Below, piece by piece: positions 1-8,252 of a stretch of 41,820 nt of DNA. Position numbers and translations under genes: made by a program. The DNA is taken from contig JAPUJD010000137.1 in the NCBI GenBank assembly GCA_027296385.1, forward strand, positions 1 to 41,820, written 5' to 3'. Origin of the DNA: Acidobacteriota bacterium (GTDB lineage Bacteria; Acidobacteriota; Thermoanaerobaculia; Multivoradales; JAHEKO01). Under the pieces are notes generated by a model. That model ran no database searches. It was not told the origin of the DNA and was given only the letters and a program-made list of their open reading frames with translations. Position 1 is the stretch's first letter; every line of letters begins with the position of its first letter.

Positions 1-5
1 CGCCG

Positions 6-1271
6 CTACTGGTCGTGCGGCACCATGACCGATCCGGTCGCCGTGCTCTCTCCGAGGTTGTTCGTCACGACCAAAGTCACGGTGAACGTACCGTTCGCAT
101 CGTAGTTATGGGCAACCACCTCACTGCACCCGCGAGTCTCCGTCCCGCCGTCGCCGAATCGCCACTCGCAGCTCAGCGGCGCGGTTCCCGTGCTCGTGCT
201 GGTGAACTGGTATTCACGCGAGCTACCGTGTACCGGCGTGGCGATGAACGAAGCTCTCGGGATCCCAGTCTGGATCCGGATCGTCGCACTGTCAACGATG
301 ACCACCCCACCGACGCCGCCCGCCTGCACCTCGACGACGAAGCTGGTCCCACCGAAAGCGGTGAGATCGCTCTCGGTCGCCGTCAAGGTGTCGCGGGCCT
401 CGCCGACCGAGTTCGTCTTGACCGCGCTTCCCCCGGAGGCCAGGCTACCGATGTCGCTGCCGAAGAACACCGAGATGTCGGGCAGCGGGTCGAAATTGCC
501 ATCGTTGACCGTCACCTGCAGGCGCACCGTGCCGCCCGTCTGCAGGATGGTCGTCGGGGTGGCCTGGAAGATGAGCGCGGCCGGCGTGCCGCCGATGTCG
601 ATCTCGATGAACTCCTCGACCGGTGCGCCGCCCTCGCCGCTGGTCGTCACCGTGACGAGAAAAAAGGAGTCGCTCAGGCTGGACATGTCGTTACGAGTGA
701 CCGTCAGGGTGTCGCTGGCCTGGCCGCTGGTGTCGGTCTGGATCGACTGCCCGCCGGAAGCGAGCAAGCCGATCTCGCTCGAGAAGGTCATGAACGCTCC
801 GACGATGGGCGCGCCATCGTTGTCGAAGGCCACCGCGCGAATGACCGTCGTGCCCCCGTCGCGGGGGATCACGCTCGGCTGCGCGGTGATCTCGATGAAG
901 GCGGCCAGGCTGCCGATCTGGACGTCGATGGTCGCCTCTCCGGCGGCACCCGAAAACGCCTGCACCACTGCCGTTCCGATCCGTCCGTCGCCCGTGAGAG
1001 TGGCCTTGGCGACGCCGCCGGCGTCGGTCTTGACCAAGGGCTCGATCGTGCCGAGGTTGGTCGACAGCGTGATCTCGGTGCCGCCGTTGACCGGCGTGCC
1101 GTCCATCTTGCGCGCCAGGATGGTGATCGAAGACGAGCCCAGGATCTGAATCTTCGAGGGATTGGCCGTGACCGTCAGCGTCGAGCCCTCGGGTGCGACC
1201 GGGATCGGGCGATCGCACCCCGGTGCCAGGGGTACGAGCAGGCCAGCCAGCAGCGCGCAGATCCGCCTCAT
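6..1271 (-). CDS. Lipoprotein with three tandem bacterial Ig-like (Big/invasin-type) repeats and a C-terminal PKD domain
   Basis: 421-aa ORF. Signal peptide ends in lipobox LAPGC. Three internally similar ~100-aa beta-rich segments (TVTANPS.., ITAQPSV.., FQATPTT..). C-terminal PKD signature WRFGDGG..HNYDANGTFTVTLVVTN. GAGGA Shine-Dalgarno a few nt before the ATG. Same strand as pilQ and downstream of it. Confidence 0.8.
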   Translation of the reverse strand: MRRICALLAGLLVPLAPGCDRPIPVAPEGSTLTVTANPSKIQILGSSSITILARKMDGTPVNGGTEITLSTNLGTIEPLVKTDAGGVAKATLTGDGRIGTAVVQAFSGAAGEATIDVQIGSLAAFIEITAQPSVIPRDGGTTVIRAVAFDNDGAPIVGAFMTFSSEIGLLASGGQSIQTDTSGQASDTLTVTRNDMSSLSDSFFLVTVTTSGEGGAPVEEFIEIDIGGTPAALIFQATPTTILQTGGTVRLQVTVNDGNFDPLPDISVFFGSDIGSLASGGSAVKTNSVGEARDTLTATESDLTAFGGTSFVVEVQAGGVGGVVIVDSATIRIQTGIPRASFIATPVHGSSREYQFTSTSTGTAPLSCEWRFGDGGTETRGCSEVVAHNYDANGTFTVTLVVTNNLGESTATGSVMVPHDQ

Positions 1272-1370
1272 GTCGTCCTCAGTATACGAACCGCGGCGAC
1301 CGCCCGTCTAGGCTGCCCGTGCAACGTTGTCTCTGCGATGAACCGATGACAGCCTACGCTACAGGGGAGG

Positions 1371-2120
1371 CTATGGAGAAGGCTCCTCCTCCTCCTCCTC
1401 CTCCTCCGGCGGCGGATTGATGGTCACGTCCTTGCGCGCGGATGACGAAAGAGTGACTCCCTCGACCTCCTTCGTGACCGTCAGGCTCACCGAGTAGATG
1501 CCGGGGCCGGCGTAGATGTGTATCGGATTGCGCAGGGAACTGCCGCTACTGTCCCCGAAATCCCACCGGAAGGTGGTGGGATTGCCCCTCGACGTATCGA
1601 CGAAGTCAACCGAGAAGTTCTCCTCCGGATTGGAGAAGACGAAATCCGCCTCGAGAATCGAGATCGGCACGTCCTTTTCCCCGCGGCTGTTCTGCAGCGT
1701 CGCCTGGACGGTGGCGACCCCCAGCTGAACCGGCAAGCCGCCCGAGAAGAGCGTAAAGAACACCCGGCCGTTGACCAGGGCGGCTGAGCCGGACGGGACG
1801 AAAGCCGTGGGAGCGAAAGACCCCAGCGACGTCGCCAGCGCAAGCGTCGTGCCGTCGGCCGGCGGGGGACCGGTGCGGCTACCCACTCGGACCTCGACGA
1901 GCATCGTCGTGCTCTCAGTGCCGGTCGGGGCCGACTCGCTGATGACGATGCCGCCGGGATCGGCGCTGACGCTGATGAAGAACGTTTGGCCCGACGTCGG
2001 CGGCGGCGGCGGGAATTCCTGGCGCGGCGCCGTCGGCGAGTCGGTCGAGCACCCCCAGGCGACGACGCTCAACACACCGGCCAGGGCGAGCAGGCGGTAT
2101 GGATTCCTATGGCGTCTCAT
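1371..2120 (-). CDS. Lipoprotein with one Ig-like domain, a PKD domain and a poly-Glu C-terminal tail
   Basis: The track ORF 1371..2138 is trimmed to the ATG at 2120 (MRRHRNPYRLLALAGVLSVVAWGC, lipobox). PKD signature FRWDFGDSS..IHIYAGPGIYSVSLTVT. The C-terminus is PPPEEEEEEEEPSP. The start lies 18 nt after the stop of the upstream gene. Confidence 0.8.
   Translation of the reverse strand: MRRHRNPYRLLALAGVLSVVAWGCSTDSPTAPRQEFPPPPPTSGQTFFISVSADPGGIVISESAPTGTESTTMLVEVRVGSRTGPPPADGTTLALATSLGSFAPTAFVPSGSAALVNGRVFFTLFSGGLPVQLGVATVQATLQNSRGEKDVPISILEADFVFSNPEENFSVDFVDTSRGNPTTFRWDFGDSSGSSLRNPIHIYAGPGIYSVSLTVTKEVEGVTLSSSARKDVTINPPPEEEEEEEEPSP
1383..1406 (-). repeat. Perfect trinucleotide repeat (CTC)8 on plus strand = (GAG)8 coding Glu8
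   Basis: Read directly: eight consecutive ctc units, in frame in the C-terminal tail of the 1371..2120 CDS. Confidence 0.95.
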
Positions 2121-2138
2121 TGTGCTCTCCAGCTCCAA

Positions 2139-2687
2139 TCAGGGGACGAAGTCGATCGTGAAGGGTGCGCTCTGGGTCTGGACCTCGTCGCCCGAAAGAG
2201 TGCGGCCGAAGAAGCGCAGTCTGAGATTGAGAGCGATCCGTGGGCGGCCCGTCTCGGTGTCGATGCCGCCGTTCTGAAACAGGAGGTCCGACAGCGGCGG
2301 GTTGTTGAACTGGTCGAAGCCCATGATCGGCGCATTCTCCAGCACGAAGCTGCCATTGACCGGCGCCTCGCCGAAAATGCCGCGGACGAAGGCCACTGGT
2401 AGCCGAGTGCCGTCGTCGGCCCGGGTAAAGGTGATCTCGTACGAGTAGATCTCGACGTTCATGAGGGCACTGGTCGGAAGGTTGGGGTTCTTGGGAATGT
2501 TCGAGACCGTGATCTCGTCGATCTGGAGCAGGTTGGTCGAGTTCACTGCCACCCGGATGGGGAGGCCGTCGAAGTCCGAAATTGTCAGAATCACGCCGCC
2601 GCCATCGGTCTTCTCGAGGCGGCTGTCGCAAGCCCCGACGACGAGGACGAGTGCGAGAGCGACGAGGATCTTTCCTACCCGGGTCAT
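2139..2687 (-). CDS. Small beta-rich lipoprotein of unknown function immediately downstream of pilQ
   Basis: The track ORF 2139..2705 (GTG start) is trimmed to the ATG at 2687, which is preceded by a perfect AGGAGG 5 nt upstream. N-terminus MTRVGKILVALALVLVVGAC (lipobox). No domain recognised. Only 17 nt separate it from the pilQ stop. Confidence 0.75.
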   Translation of the reverse strand: MTRVGKILVALALVLVVGACDSRLEKTDGGGVILTISDFDGLPIRVAVNSTNLLQIDEITVSNIPKNPNLPTSALMNVEIYSYEITFTRADDGTRLPVAFVRGIFGEAPVNGSFVLENAPIMGFDQFNNPPLSDLLFQNGGIDTETGRPRIALNLRLRFFGRTLSGDEVQTQSAPFTIDFVP

Positions 2688-2704
2688 GAGCGCCTCCTGA
2701 GCCA

Positions 2705-5365
2705 CTACAGATTGACGATGCGCGGCGTGATGAAGATGAGCAGTTCTTCGTTCTCTTCACTCTGCCGGTTGTTCTTGAAAAGGTGTTTCAAGAATGGAAT
2801 CCTCGACAGGCCAGGAACCCTGTCCTGGCCCTCGTCCGAGGACACCTCGTAGATGCCTCCGATGACCGTGGTTCCTCCGTCTCTGACAATGACGGATGTC
2901 GATGCGTCCTTGGTTGAGATCGGCGCGTTGGCGGCACCGACCACGGCAAAGGCCAGCAAGGGTTCACGCTTCTGGATCGAGATCTCCATCATCACCGTGC
3001 CCTCGGCCGTGACGTGGGGCGTGACATCCAGCTTCAGGGTCGCATTGACGAACTGAACGCTGACCGTGTTGTTGGAGACCGTCTGGATCGGGATTTGCAG
3101 TCCGCTCTGGATCGAGGCCGGCTTGTTATTGAGGGTCGTGATCCGGGGAGCGGACAGGATGTTGATGAGCCCCTCGCTCTCAGCGGCCTGGAGCGCTATG
3201 TCGAGCTGGAATGTGTTGAGCACGTTGCCCAGCGTGATGCCCAGGGTGCCGGAGCCCGCCTGGGTAAGGTTGACCGCGCCGTCGATGGTCCCCTGATTGG
3301 GGAACACCAGGCCCGTCGTGTTGCCGGTGGCGGCGCTCGAGATGCCGCCGAAGCCCCAGTTGATGCCCAGCGTGCGGCTGAAGCGCTTCGTGGTCTCGAT
3401 GATGCGTGCCTCGATCATCACCTGGGGCTCGGGGATATCGAGCGTTTCGATAATCGCGATCACCGTGTCGATGAAGTTCGGCAGCTCCTTGATGATCAGG
3501 GTGTTCGTGCGGGTGTCGACGACCACCGAGCCCCGGCGGCTCAGAATACTGTTGCTGCCGCTCTGGAGAACCTGAGCCACCTCCTGCGCTCCCGCGTAGC
3601 TGACGCGCTTGATGATCGTCGTCAGCGGCACTGCCTGGGCCTGCGCCTGCCGCAAGCGCTGCTCCGCCTCCGCCTCGTCACGCAGTTTTGCCAGCGGCGC
3701 AATGCGCAGGATGTTGCCTTCGAGCTGGTAACCGAGGTCGTTGGTCTTGAGGATGAGGTCGAGCGCCTGATCCCAGGGCACGTCGGTAAGCTCCACCGTC
3801 ACGGTGCCGCTCACGCCTGGCTGGATGACGAAGTTGAGACCGCTGATCTCCGAGAAAGAGCGCAGGAGGTCGCGGATATCCGCGTCCTTGAGGTGCAGCG
3901 TGATCGGCTCGCCACGGTAGATCTTCTCGTTGGTGAGCGGCATCACCTGCGAGTTGAAGAGCTCGCTCGCAGCCCTGCCGCCCGGCTCCGGCTGCGCCAA
4001 CTGGATGTTGACCGGCGGGGGCGACGCGGCAGCGGCAGGCGGCGAGGTCACCTCCGCGACACTCGGCGCAGGATCCGCCATGACGGATGTCGGTGATTCC
4101 ACCATGGGTGCCGGGGCCTCTACGACGGGCGCCGGTTTCTCCATGATGAGAGCTGGCGGCTCCACGATGGGTTCTTGTCGCGGGCTCAGACCGGCGTCAG
4201 CGTACTCATCGCCCTCCGGCTCGCCCGCCGGTGCTTCGTAGACGGCCGGCACGTCCTCGTAGACCTGCTCGGTCGGGGCCGCCACCTCGATCGTCGCCAA
4301 GCTGTCGCTAGCCGCCACGTCGTCGACCAGAGTCGAGGTCTCGTTCCAGGAAGCCGCGGCGGCTCCACCGAAGCTCAACGCCAGGCCGTCGGGCAGGCCG
4401 ACGAGCTCCGGAGTCGAGGGATAGGCGAGGTCGACGACGACACGCGAGACCGGATCGGGCCGCGATTTGAACTGTGCTACGCGAACCTGTTTGACGGGCT
4501 CGCCGCCGAAGCTGTAGACGCTGCGGGGTGCGAAGTTCGCGACTCCCGCCAGGTCGACCACATAGCGATAGGGGGCCTCCAGGGACAGAGTCGCATACGA
4601 GAACTCCCCATCGCCGAGGATGCGAACAATGATGCTGTCGTCGATCCGGACGACGTCGATGTCACGCAGCTGTGTGGCTGGCCGCCCGCTCGCGGTCACC
4701 GCGGTCGCAGCGGTCTCGACCCTGGAGCGGGCTACCGTTTCCACCATCACGGGCTCCGACTCCGACCTGGCAACCGGCTCGGACTCCCAGACCGTGACCT
4801 CGGCCGGGGCCTGCACCGCCGCTACGGTCGTCGTCTCCGAGGGTGCGTCCTCGTACAACGGTGCCGCCTCGTCAATTGCCGCCAACTGTTCGATCGAGCC
4901 GAACTCGACCTTGAGACCGCCTTCGGCGGCGCTGACCGAGTGCTCGGCCTCGTTTCGCGTCTCGATCAGGAGACGGGTGAGCATACGACTGCCGGCGGAC
5001 TCGCGGCTGACGCGAACGCGTCTCACGAGACCGGAGCCCGACTCCAGATCACCGACTGCCGGACCCGGCTGGCTGTTGGGCAGCTCGACTACGAGCTGAC
5101 CGCTCTCGTCCCGGTAGGTTGTCCAGACCAAGGCTTCGCTCGTCAGAATGTCTATGCGAGCGGCATCGTTCGTCTGCGCGATCTCGATGGCGTCGATCGT
5201 GACCGCATCCGACAGCTGGATCGACTCGAACGGCCCTTGCGGCTGTGCCGTTTCGGAGCGGGACGATAGCATCTCCGTCGGCCCTACCGATGCGCAGCCG
5301 GCAAACAGCGCGATCGCCATCGACACGGCCATCGCCGGTTTGATCCTATTCCCGTTGATACGCAT
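2705..5365 (-). CDS. pilQ: Type IV pilus secretin PilQ with two N-terminal AMIN domains and a long acidic/Pro-rich linker
   Basis: C-terminal secretin domain (..VPGLSRIPFLKHLFKNN..LLIFITPRIV). Two AMIN-like segments (..RVRVSRESAGSRMLTRLLIE.. and ..VRVAQFKSRPDPVSRVVVDL..). Start chosen at the ATG at 5365 (MRINGNRIK), preceded by GGAGG. The signal peptide ends AIALFAGC. Sits in pilMNOPQ order. Confidence 0.93.
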   Translation of the reverse strand: MRINGNRIKPAMAVSMAIALFAGCASVGPTEMLSSRSETAQPQGPFESIQLSDAVTIDAIEIAQTNDAARIDILTSEALVWTTYRDESGQLVVELPNSQPGPAVGDLESGSGLVRRVRVSRESAGSRMLTRLLIETRNEAEHSVSAAEGGLKVEFGSIEQLAAIDEAAPLYEDAPSETTTVAAVQAPAEVTVWESEPVARSESEPVMVETVARSRVETAATAVTASGRPATQLRDIDVVRIDDSIIVRILGDGEFSYATLSLEAPYRYVVDLAGVANFAPRSVYSFGGEPVKQVRVAQFKSRPDPVSRVVVDLAYPSTPELVGLPDGLALSFGGAAAASWNETSTLVDDVAASDSLATIEVAAPTEQVYEDVPAVYEAPAGEPEGDEYADAGLSPRQEPIVEPPALIMEKPAPVVEAPAPMVESPTSVMADPAPSVAEVTSPPAAAASPPPVNIQLAQPEPGGRAASELFNSQVMPLTNEKIYRGEPITLHLKDADIRDLLRSFSEISGLNFVIQPGVSGTVTVELTDVPWDQALDLILKTNDLGYQLEGNILRIAPLAKLRDEAEAEQRLRQAQAQAVPLTTIIKRVSYAGAQEVAQVLQSGSNSILSRRGSVVVDTRTNTLIIKELPNFIDTVIAIIETLDIPEPQVMIEARIIETTKRFSRTLGINWGFGGISSAATGNTTGLVFPNQGTIDGAVNLTQAGSGTLGITLGNVLNTFQLDIALQAAESEGLINILSAPRITTLNNKPASIQSGLQIPIQTVSNNTVSVQFVNATLKLDVTPHVTAEGTVMMEISIQKREPLLAFAVVGAANAPISTKDASTSVIVRDGGTTVIGGIYEVSSDEGQDRVPGLSRIPFLKHLFKNNRQSEENEELLIFITPRIVNL

Positions 5366-5383
5366 CCTGCTCGCCTCCATAGC

Positions 5384-5911
5384 CTACGGATTGAGCCTCT
5401 TGACGACTTCTCTGAACGGGGTCATTGCTGTCGGATCATCGACAACCTGCCGGAGCACGAGCTCCTCCAACGACACGCTGACGACGTCTCCGTCGTAGAG
5501 CTTGTCTCCTGCCCTCAGCAGATAGCTGCGATCGCGATCAGAAGTCTGTATTTGCGCCACCGGTCCCTCTGGCAGCACGAAAACGCCGGTGAGGTCAATG
5601 TCGCCGATCAAGAGTCCTTCGATACCCTCGGGACGCGGCCCGCTGGCCAGATCGGCCCGGCTCTGGGGATTGAGGAGCGAACGGAACGGATCCCGACGGC
5701 CCGCCGGGTCGTAGCCGTAGCCACGGCCCGCGAAGACTGCCGCGTCCTCTTCCAGCATGGCCTTGACGTCCAGCCTCGGCGGAGCCGGCGTCTCTTCGGC
5801 GGTCGCATCCTCCGACACTGCGCTCTCCTGAGCCGGAGCGGCGAGCGAGCCGAAGACTGCGAGCCCGATCGCCAGCGCGCCCCACGGCCAGATCTCGAGC
5901 TTCGCCCTCAT
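5384..5911 (-). CDS. pilP: Type IV pilus assembly protein PilP (no lipobox Cys)
   Basis: The track ORF 5384..6124 is trimmed to the ATG at 5911, which forms an ATGA overlap with the pilO stop. Signal peptide MRAKLEIWPWGALAIGLAVFGSLAAPA. PilP-like beta core (LTGVFVLPEGPVAQIQTSDRDRSYLLRAGDKLYDGDVVSV). Position between pilO and pilQ. Confidence 0.85.
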   Translation of the reverse strand: MRAKLEIWPWGALAIGLAVFGSLAAPAQESAVSEDATAEETPAPPRLDVKAMLEEDAAVFAGRGYGYDPAGRRDPFRSLLNPQSRADLASGPRPEGIEGLLIGDIDLTGVFVLPEGPVAQIQTSDRDRSYLLRAGDKLYDGDVVSVSLEELVLRQVVDDPTAMTPFREVVKRLNP

Positions 5912-6507
5912 GGCTGCAGCTCCTGTGACTCCTCGCCCAGCGGTGGATCTTTGTAGATGAAGGTCTTCGCCCGGAAAGTCGCCGAGAGCGTATGGCGGCC
6001 TGGACTCCTCATCGTCGAGATCTTGAGCCCCTCGACATTGATGATACGGGAGAAACGGCTCACCCGGTCGAAGAGAAGAGCCAGGTTGTGGTAGGTCCCC
6101 TGCAAGCTGATCGCGATCGGCCACTCGCTGTAGAAGTCGCGATCGATCTCGCCCGCCGGCGTGAACCGCAGGAGATTGAAGTCTCCCAGCTCCGTGAGAG
6201 CACGAATCCGGCGCAACAACTCCTGGGTGTTGCGGCGCGACGGCAGAATTCGCAGCAGCACCTCCAGCTCGAGCTCGAGCTGCCGTACTTCCTCACGAAA
6301 GCGCGGAAGCTGTGCCTGCGCCGCTCGACCTTCCTGAATCTTGCGCTGCAATTCAGTCAACTTGGTCTCCTGCCGCCGGACCTCGACCCTCTGCTCCTTG
6401 AGATTCACCACATGGACCAGAAAGTAGGCCGCGCCCCCAACCATCAAACCGACGATAGCCCCAAAGTACCAGGGCTTGCCTTCGAGTCCAGTGCTGAATT
6501 CCGCCAT
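5908..6507 (-). CDS. pilO: Type IV pilus inner-membrane alignment protein PilO
   Basis: 199 aa. One N-terminal TM helix followed by a coiled coil (LKEQRVEVRRQETKLTELQRKIQEGR..) and a ferredoxin-like C-terminus. Synteny between pilN and pilP. Confidence 0.85.
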   Translation of the reverse strand: MAEFSTGLEGKPWYFGAIVGLMVGGAAYFLVHVVNLKEQRVEVRRQETKLTELQRKIQEGRAAQAQLPRFREEVRQLELELEVLLRILPSRRNTQELLRRIRALTELGDFNLLRFTPAGEIDRDFYSEWPIAISLQGTYHNLALLFDRVSRFSRIINVEGLKISTMRSPGRHTLSATFRAKTFIYKDPPLGEESQELQP

Positions 6508-6511
6508 CGCC

Positions 6512-7123
6512 CTAGCCTCCGCTCGCTGACGCCAGTTCCTTCTGCCGCCTCAGAACCGCCGGCGACAGATATTGGCATTCGATGACAAAGGTATAGCGCT
6601 CGTTGCTTTGTTGCGTGTCCTTCAGGACCGGTTCCAGGAACTCGGGCACCCGGTCGAGATTCTCGATCAGGCTGGCGATCGCATTCGTGTTGAAAGCCTC
6701 GCCGGTCAAGCGCAGGTTGTTTTGGTTGACGTCCATCCGGGTGAGCCAGGTCAGCTGCGGCAAGGCGGCCGAGACCCTGTCCATGACTTGTACCGGGCCC
6801 TGCTGGTTGGCCTTGAGGTCCGAGATGACTTCGACCTTGTTCTGGAGGCGAGCCTTCTTCGCCTTGAACGCCTCGACCTCCCGGATGATCGGCGCCAGTC
6901 GGTCGACCTCGAGCTGGGCTTCGGCCACCTGCACCTTCTTCTCTTTCACCTGGTAGCGCAGCAAGAGGAAGTGGGAAAAAGCGACGACCAAGCCGAGAAC
7001 ACCGATAATCAGTAACGCGAGATCGGCGGGTCGCCTCTCTCCTTCGCCGCCGATCCCAGCGCCACCGCCGACGCGCGCCGCGACAGGGCGCCTGGCCTCC
7101 CCTACGAGATTGACGCGAATCAT
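6512..7123 (-). CDS. pilN: Type IV pilus assembly protein PilN
   Basis: 203 aa. Short cytoplasmic N-terminus MIRVNLVGE, a single TM helix, a coiled coil and a periplasmic domain. Synteny directly after pilM. Confidence 0.85.
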   Translation of the reverse strand: MIRVNLVGEARRPVAARVGGGAGIGGEGERRPADLALLIIGVLGLVVAFSHFLLLRYQVKEKKVQVAEAQLEVDRLAPIIREVEAFKAKKARLQNKVEVISDLKANQQGPVQVMDRVSAALPQLTWLTRMDVNQNNLRLTGEAFNTNAIASLIENLDRVPEFLEPVLKDTQQSNERYTFVIECQYLSPAVLRRQKELASASGG

Positions 7124-7129
7124 CGCCGG

Positions 7130-8188
7130 TCAGTCCCCTATCCTTCGCAGGGCCAGGCCAACGGCGACCGAGAGAGTCGGCGCGATCGAGCGCAGCCACT
7201 GTCCGTCGAAGTTGCTTTCGCTGTACTCGATCCGCCGGAGCGGGTCGATGAACTCGATCGGGACTCCGAACTGCTCCTTGAGCACTTGTTGGAGATTCGG
7301 CGTCAACGAGCAACCACCCGACAGAACGAGCTGCGAGACGTTGTCCTCCGCAGCGGTCGCGGCGAAGAAGTCGAAGGTCTTTTGGACCTCGGCGGCGACG
7401 TCGGCCGACACCGCATCGAGGACTGGGCGCGCCTCGGCCGGCGAACAACCGTCGACCTGCTCGCCCCGCTTGACGCGCTCGGCCTGATCGAAGGACAGGC
7501 TGTACTCGCGCTGCAAAGCCTCGGTGAAATCGTTGCCGCCGATCGACAGGTCGCGCCAGAACACGGTCTGGCCGCGAGCGAGGATATTGATCGTCGTCAC
7601 TGCGGCGCCCATGTTGACGAGAGCAACCACCTGCGAAGTCGGAATGTCGTAATTGAGCTCGTAGGCGTTTTGAACGGCGAAGGCGTCGAGATCGACGACG
7701 GCGGCCGTCTTGCCGCTCTGGGTGATGACGGAGACGTAGTCGTTGACCTTGTCTCTCTTCACCGCCACCAGCAGTACTTCCATGCTCTCGGCGCCGAAGT
7801 CTCCGTCCGAGAGCACGAGGTAGTCCAACCGAACATCATTGATGTCGAATGGGATGTACTGCTCTGCCTCCCACTGGATCGACTCGGCCAGCTCCTCCTG
7901 GGACATCGGAGGAATCTGGATCTTCTTGATGATGACCGAGTGGCCGGAGACCGACGTAGCGTAGTTCGTGCCACGGACTCCGGTTTCGGCCGTCAACTTG
8001 GTGATGGCGTCGACCACGAGCGAGGAATCCATGATGGATCCGTCTACGATGGCCTCCTGCGATAGCGGCTCGACGCCGACGCGCTGCAACACGTACTCGC
8101 CGTTCTTGCGCGCCTTCAACTCGACGAGCTTGATCGAAGAGCTACCGATGTCGAGGCCGACGACTCCTTTAGAGCGTGTCCAGAACAT
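7130..8188 (-). CDS. pilM: Type IV pilus actin-like ATPase-fold protein PilM
   Basis: 352 aa. N-terminal GLDIGSSSIKLVELK and actin/FtsA-like fold motifs. First gene of the pilMNOPQ run. Confidence 0.92.
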   Translation of the reverse strand: MFWTRSKGVVGLDIGSSSIKLVELKARKNGEYVLQRVGVEPLSQEAIVDGSIMDSSLVVDAITKLTAETGVRGTNYATSVSGHSVIIKKIQIPPMSQEELAESIQWEAEQYIPFDINDVRLDYLVLSDGDFGAESMEVLLVAVKRDKVNDYVSVITQSGKTAAVVDLDAFAVQNAYELNYDIPTSQVVALVNMGAAVTTINILARGQTVFWRDLSIGGNDFTEALQREYSLSFDQAERVKRGEQVDGCSPAEARPVLDAVSADVAAEVQKTFDFFAATAAEDNVSQLVLSGGCSLTPNLQQVLKEQFGVPIEFIDPLRRIEYSESNFDGQWLRSIAPTLSVAVGLALRRIGD

Positions 8189-8252
8189 TCCCTAGAGTCC
8201 TAAAAAAGACCTTTGTTGATCGCACTTACCGTGTCCTTCCAGAACAGCTAGC

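Noticed and set aside
15-1349. A 444-aa plus-strand ORF, and other long antisense ORFs opposite real genes. Examples: 3014..4096, 4175..5269, 7286..8065, 9128..10129, 10675..11958, 15205..15807, 19398..20597, 28088..29164, 29633..30745, 34564..35391.
   Set aside because: Their translations are Arg/Gly/Asp/His-rich and low in complexity, with no motifs. Each lies antisense to an ORF with clear family signatures. Long stop-free antisense frames are expected in high-GC DNA.
5912-6124. N-terminal extensions of track ORFs: pilP to 6124, manC to 22996, DUF4388 to 40872, LolA-like to 15771, moeA to 39667, lipoproteins to 2138 and 2705.
   Set aside because: The extensions overlap upstream genes or cross divergent promoters. 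They lack family similarity. Internal ATGs are available with SD sequences, signal peptides or canonical N-termini.
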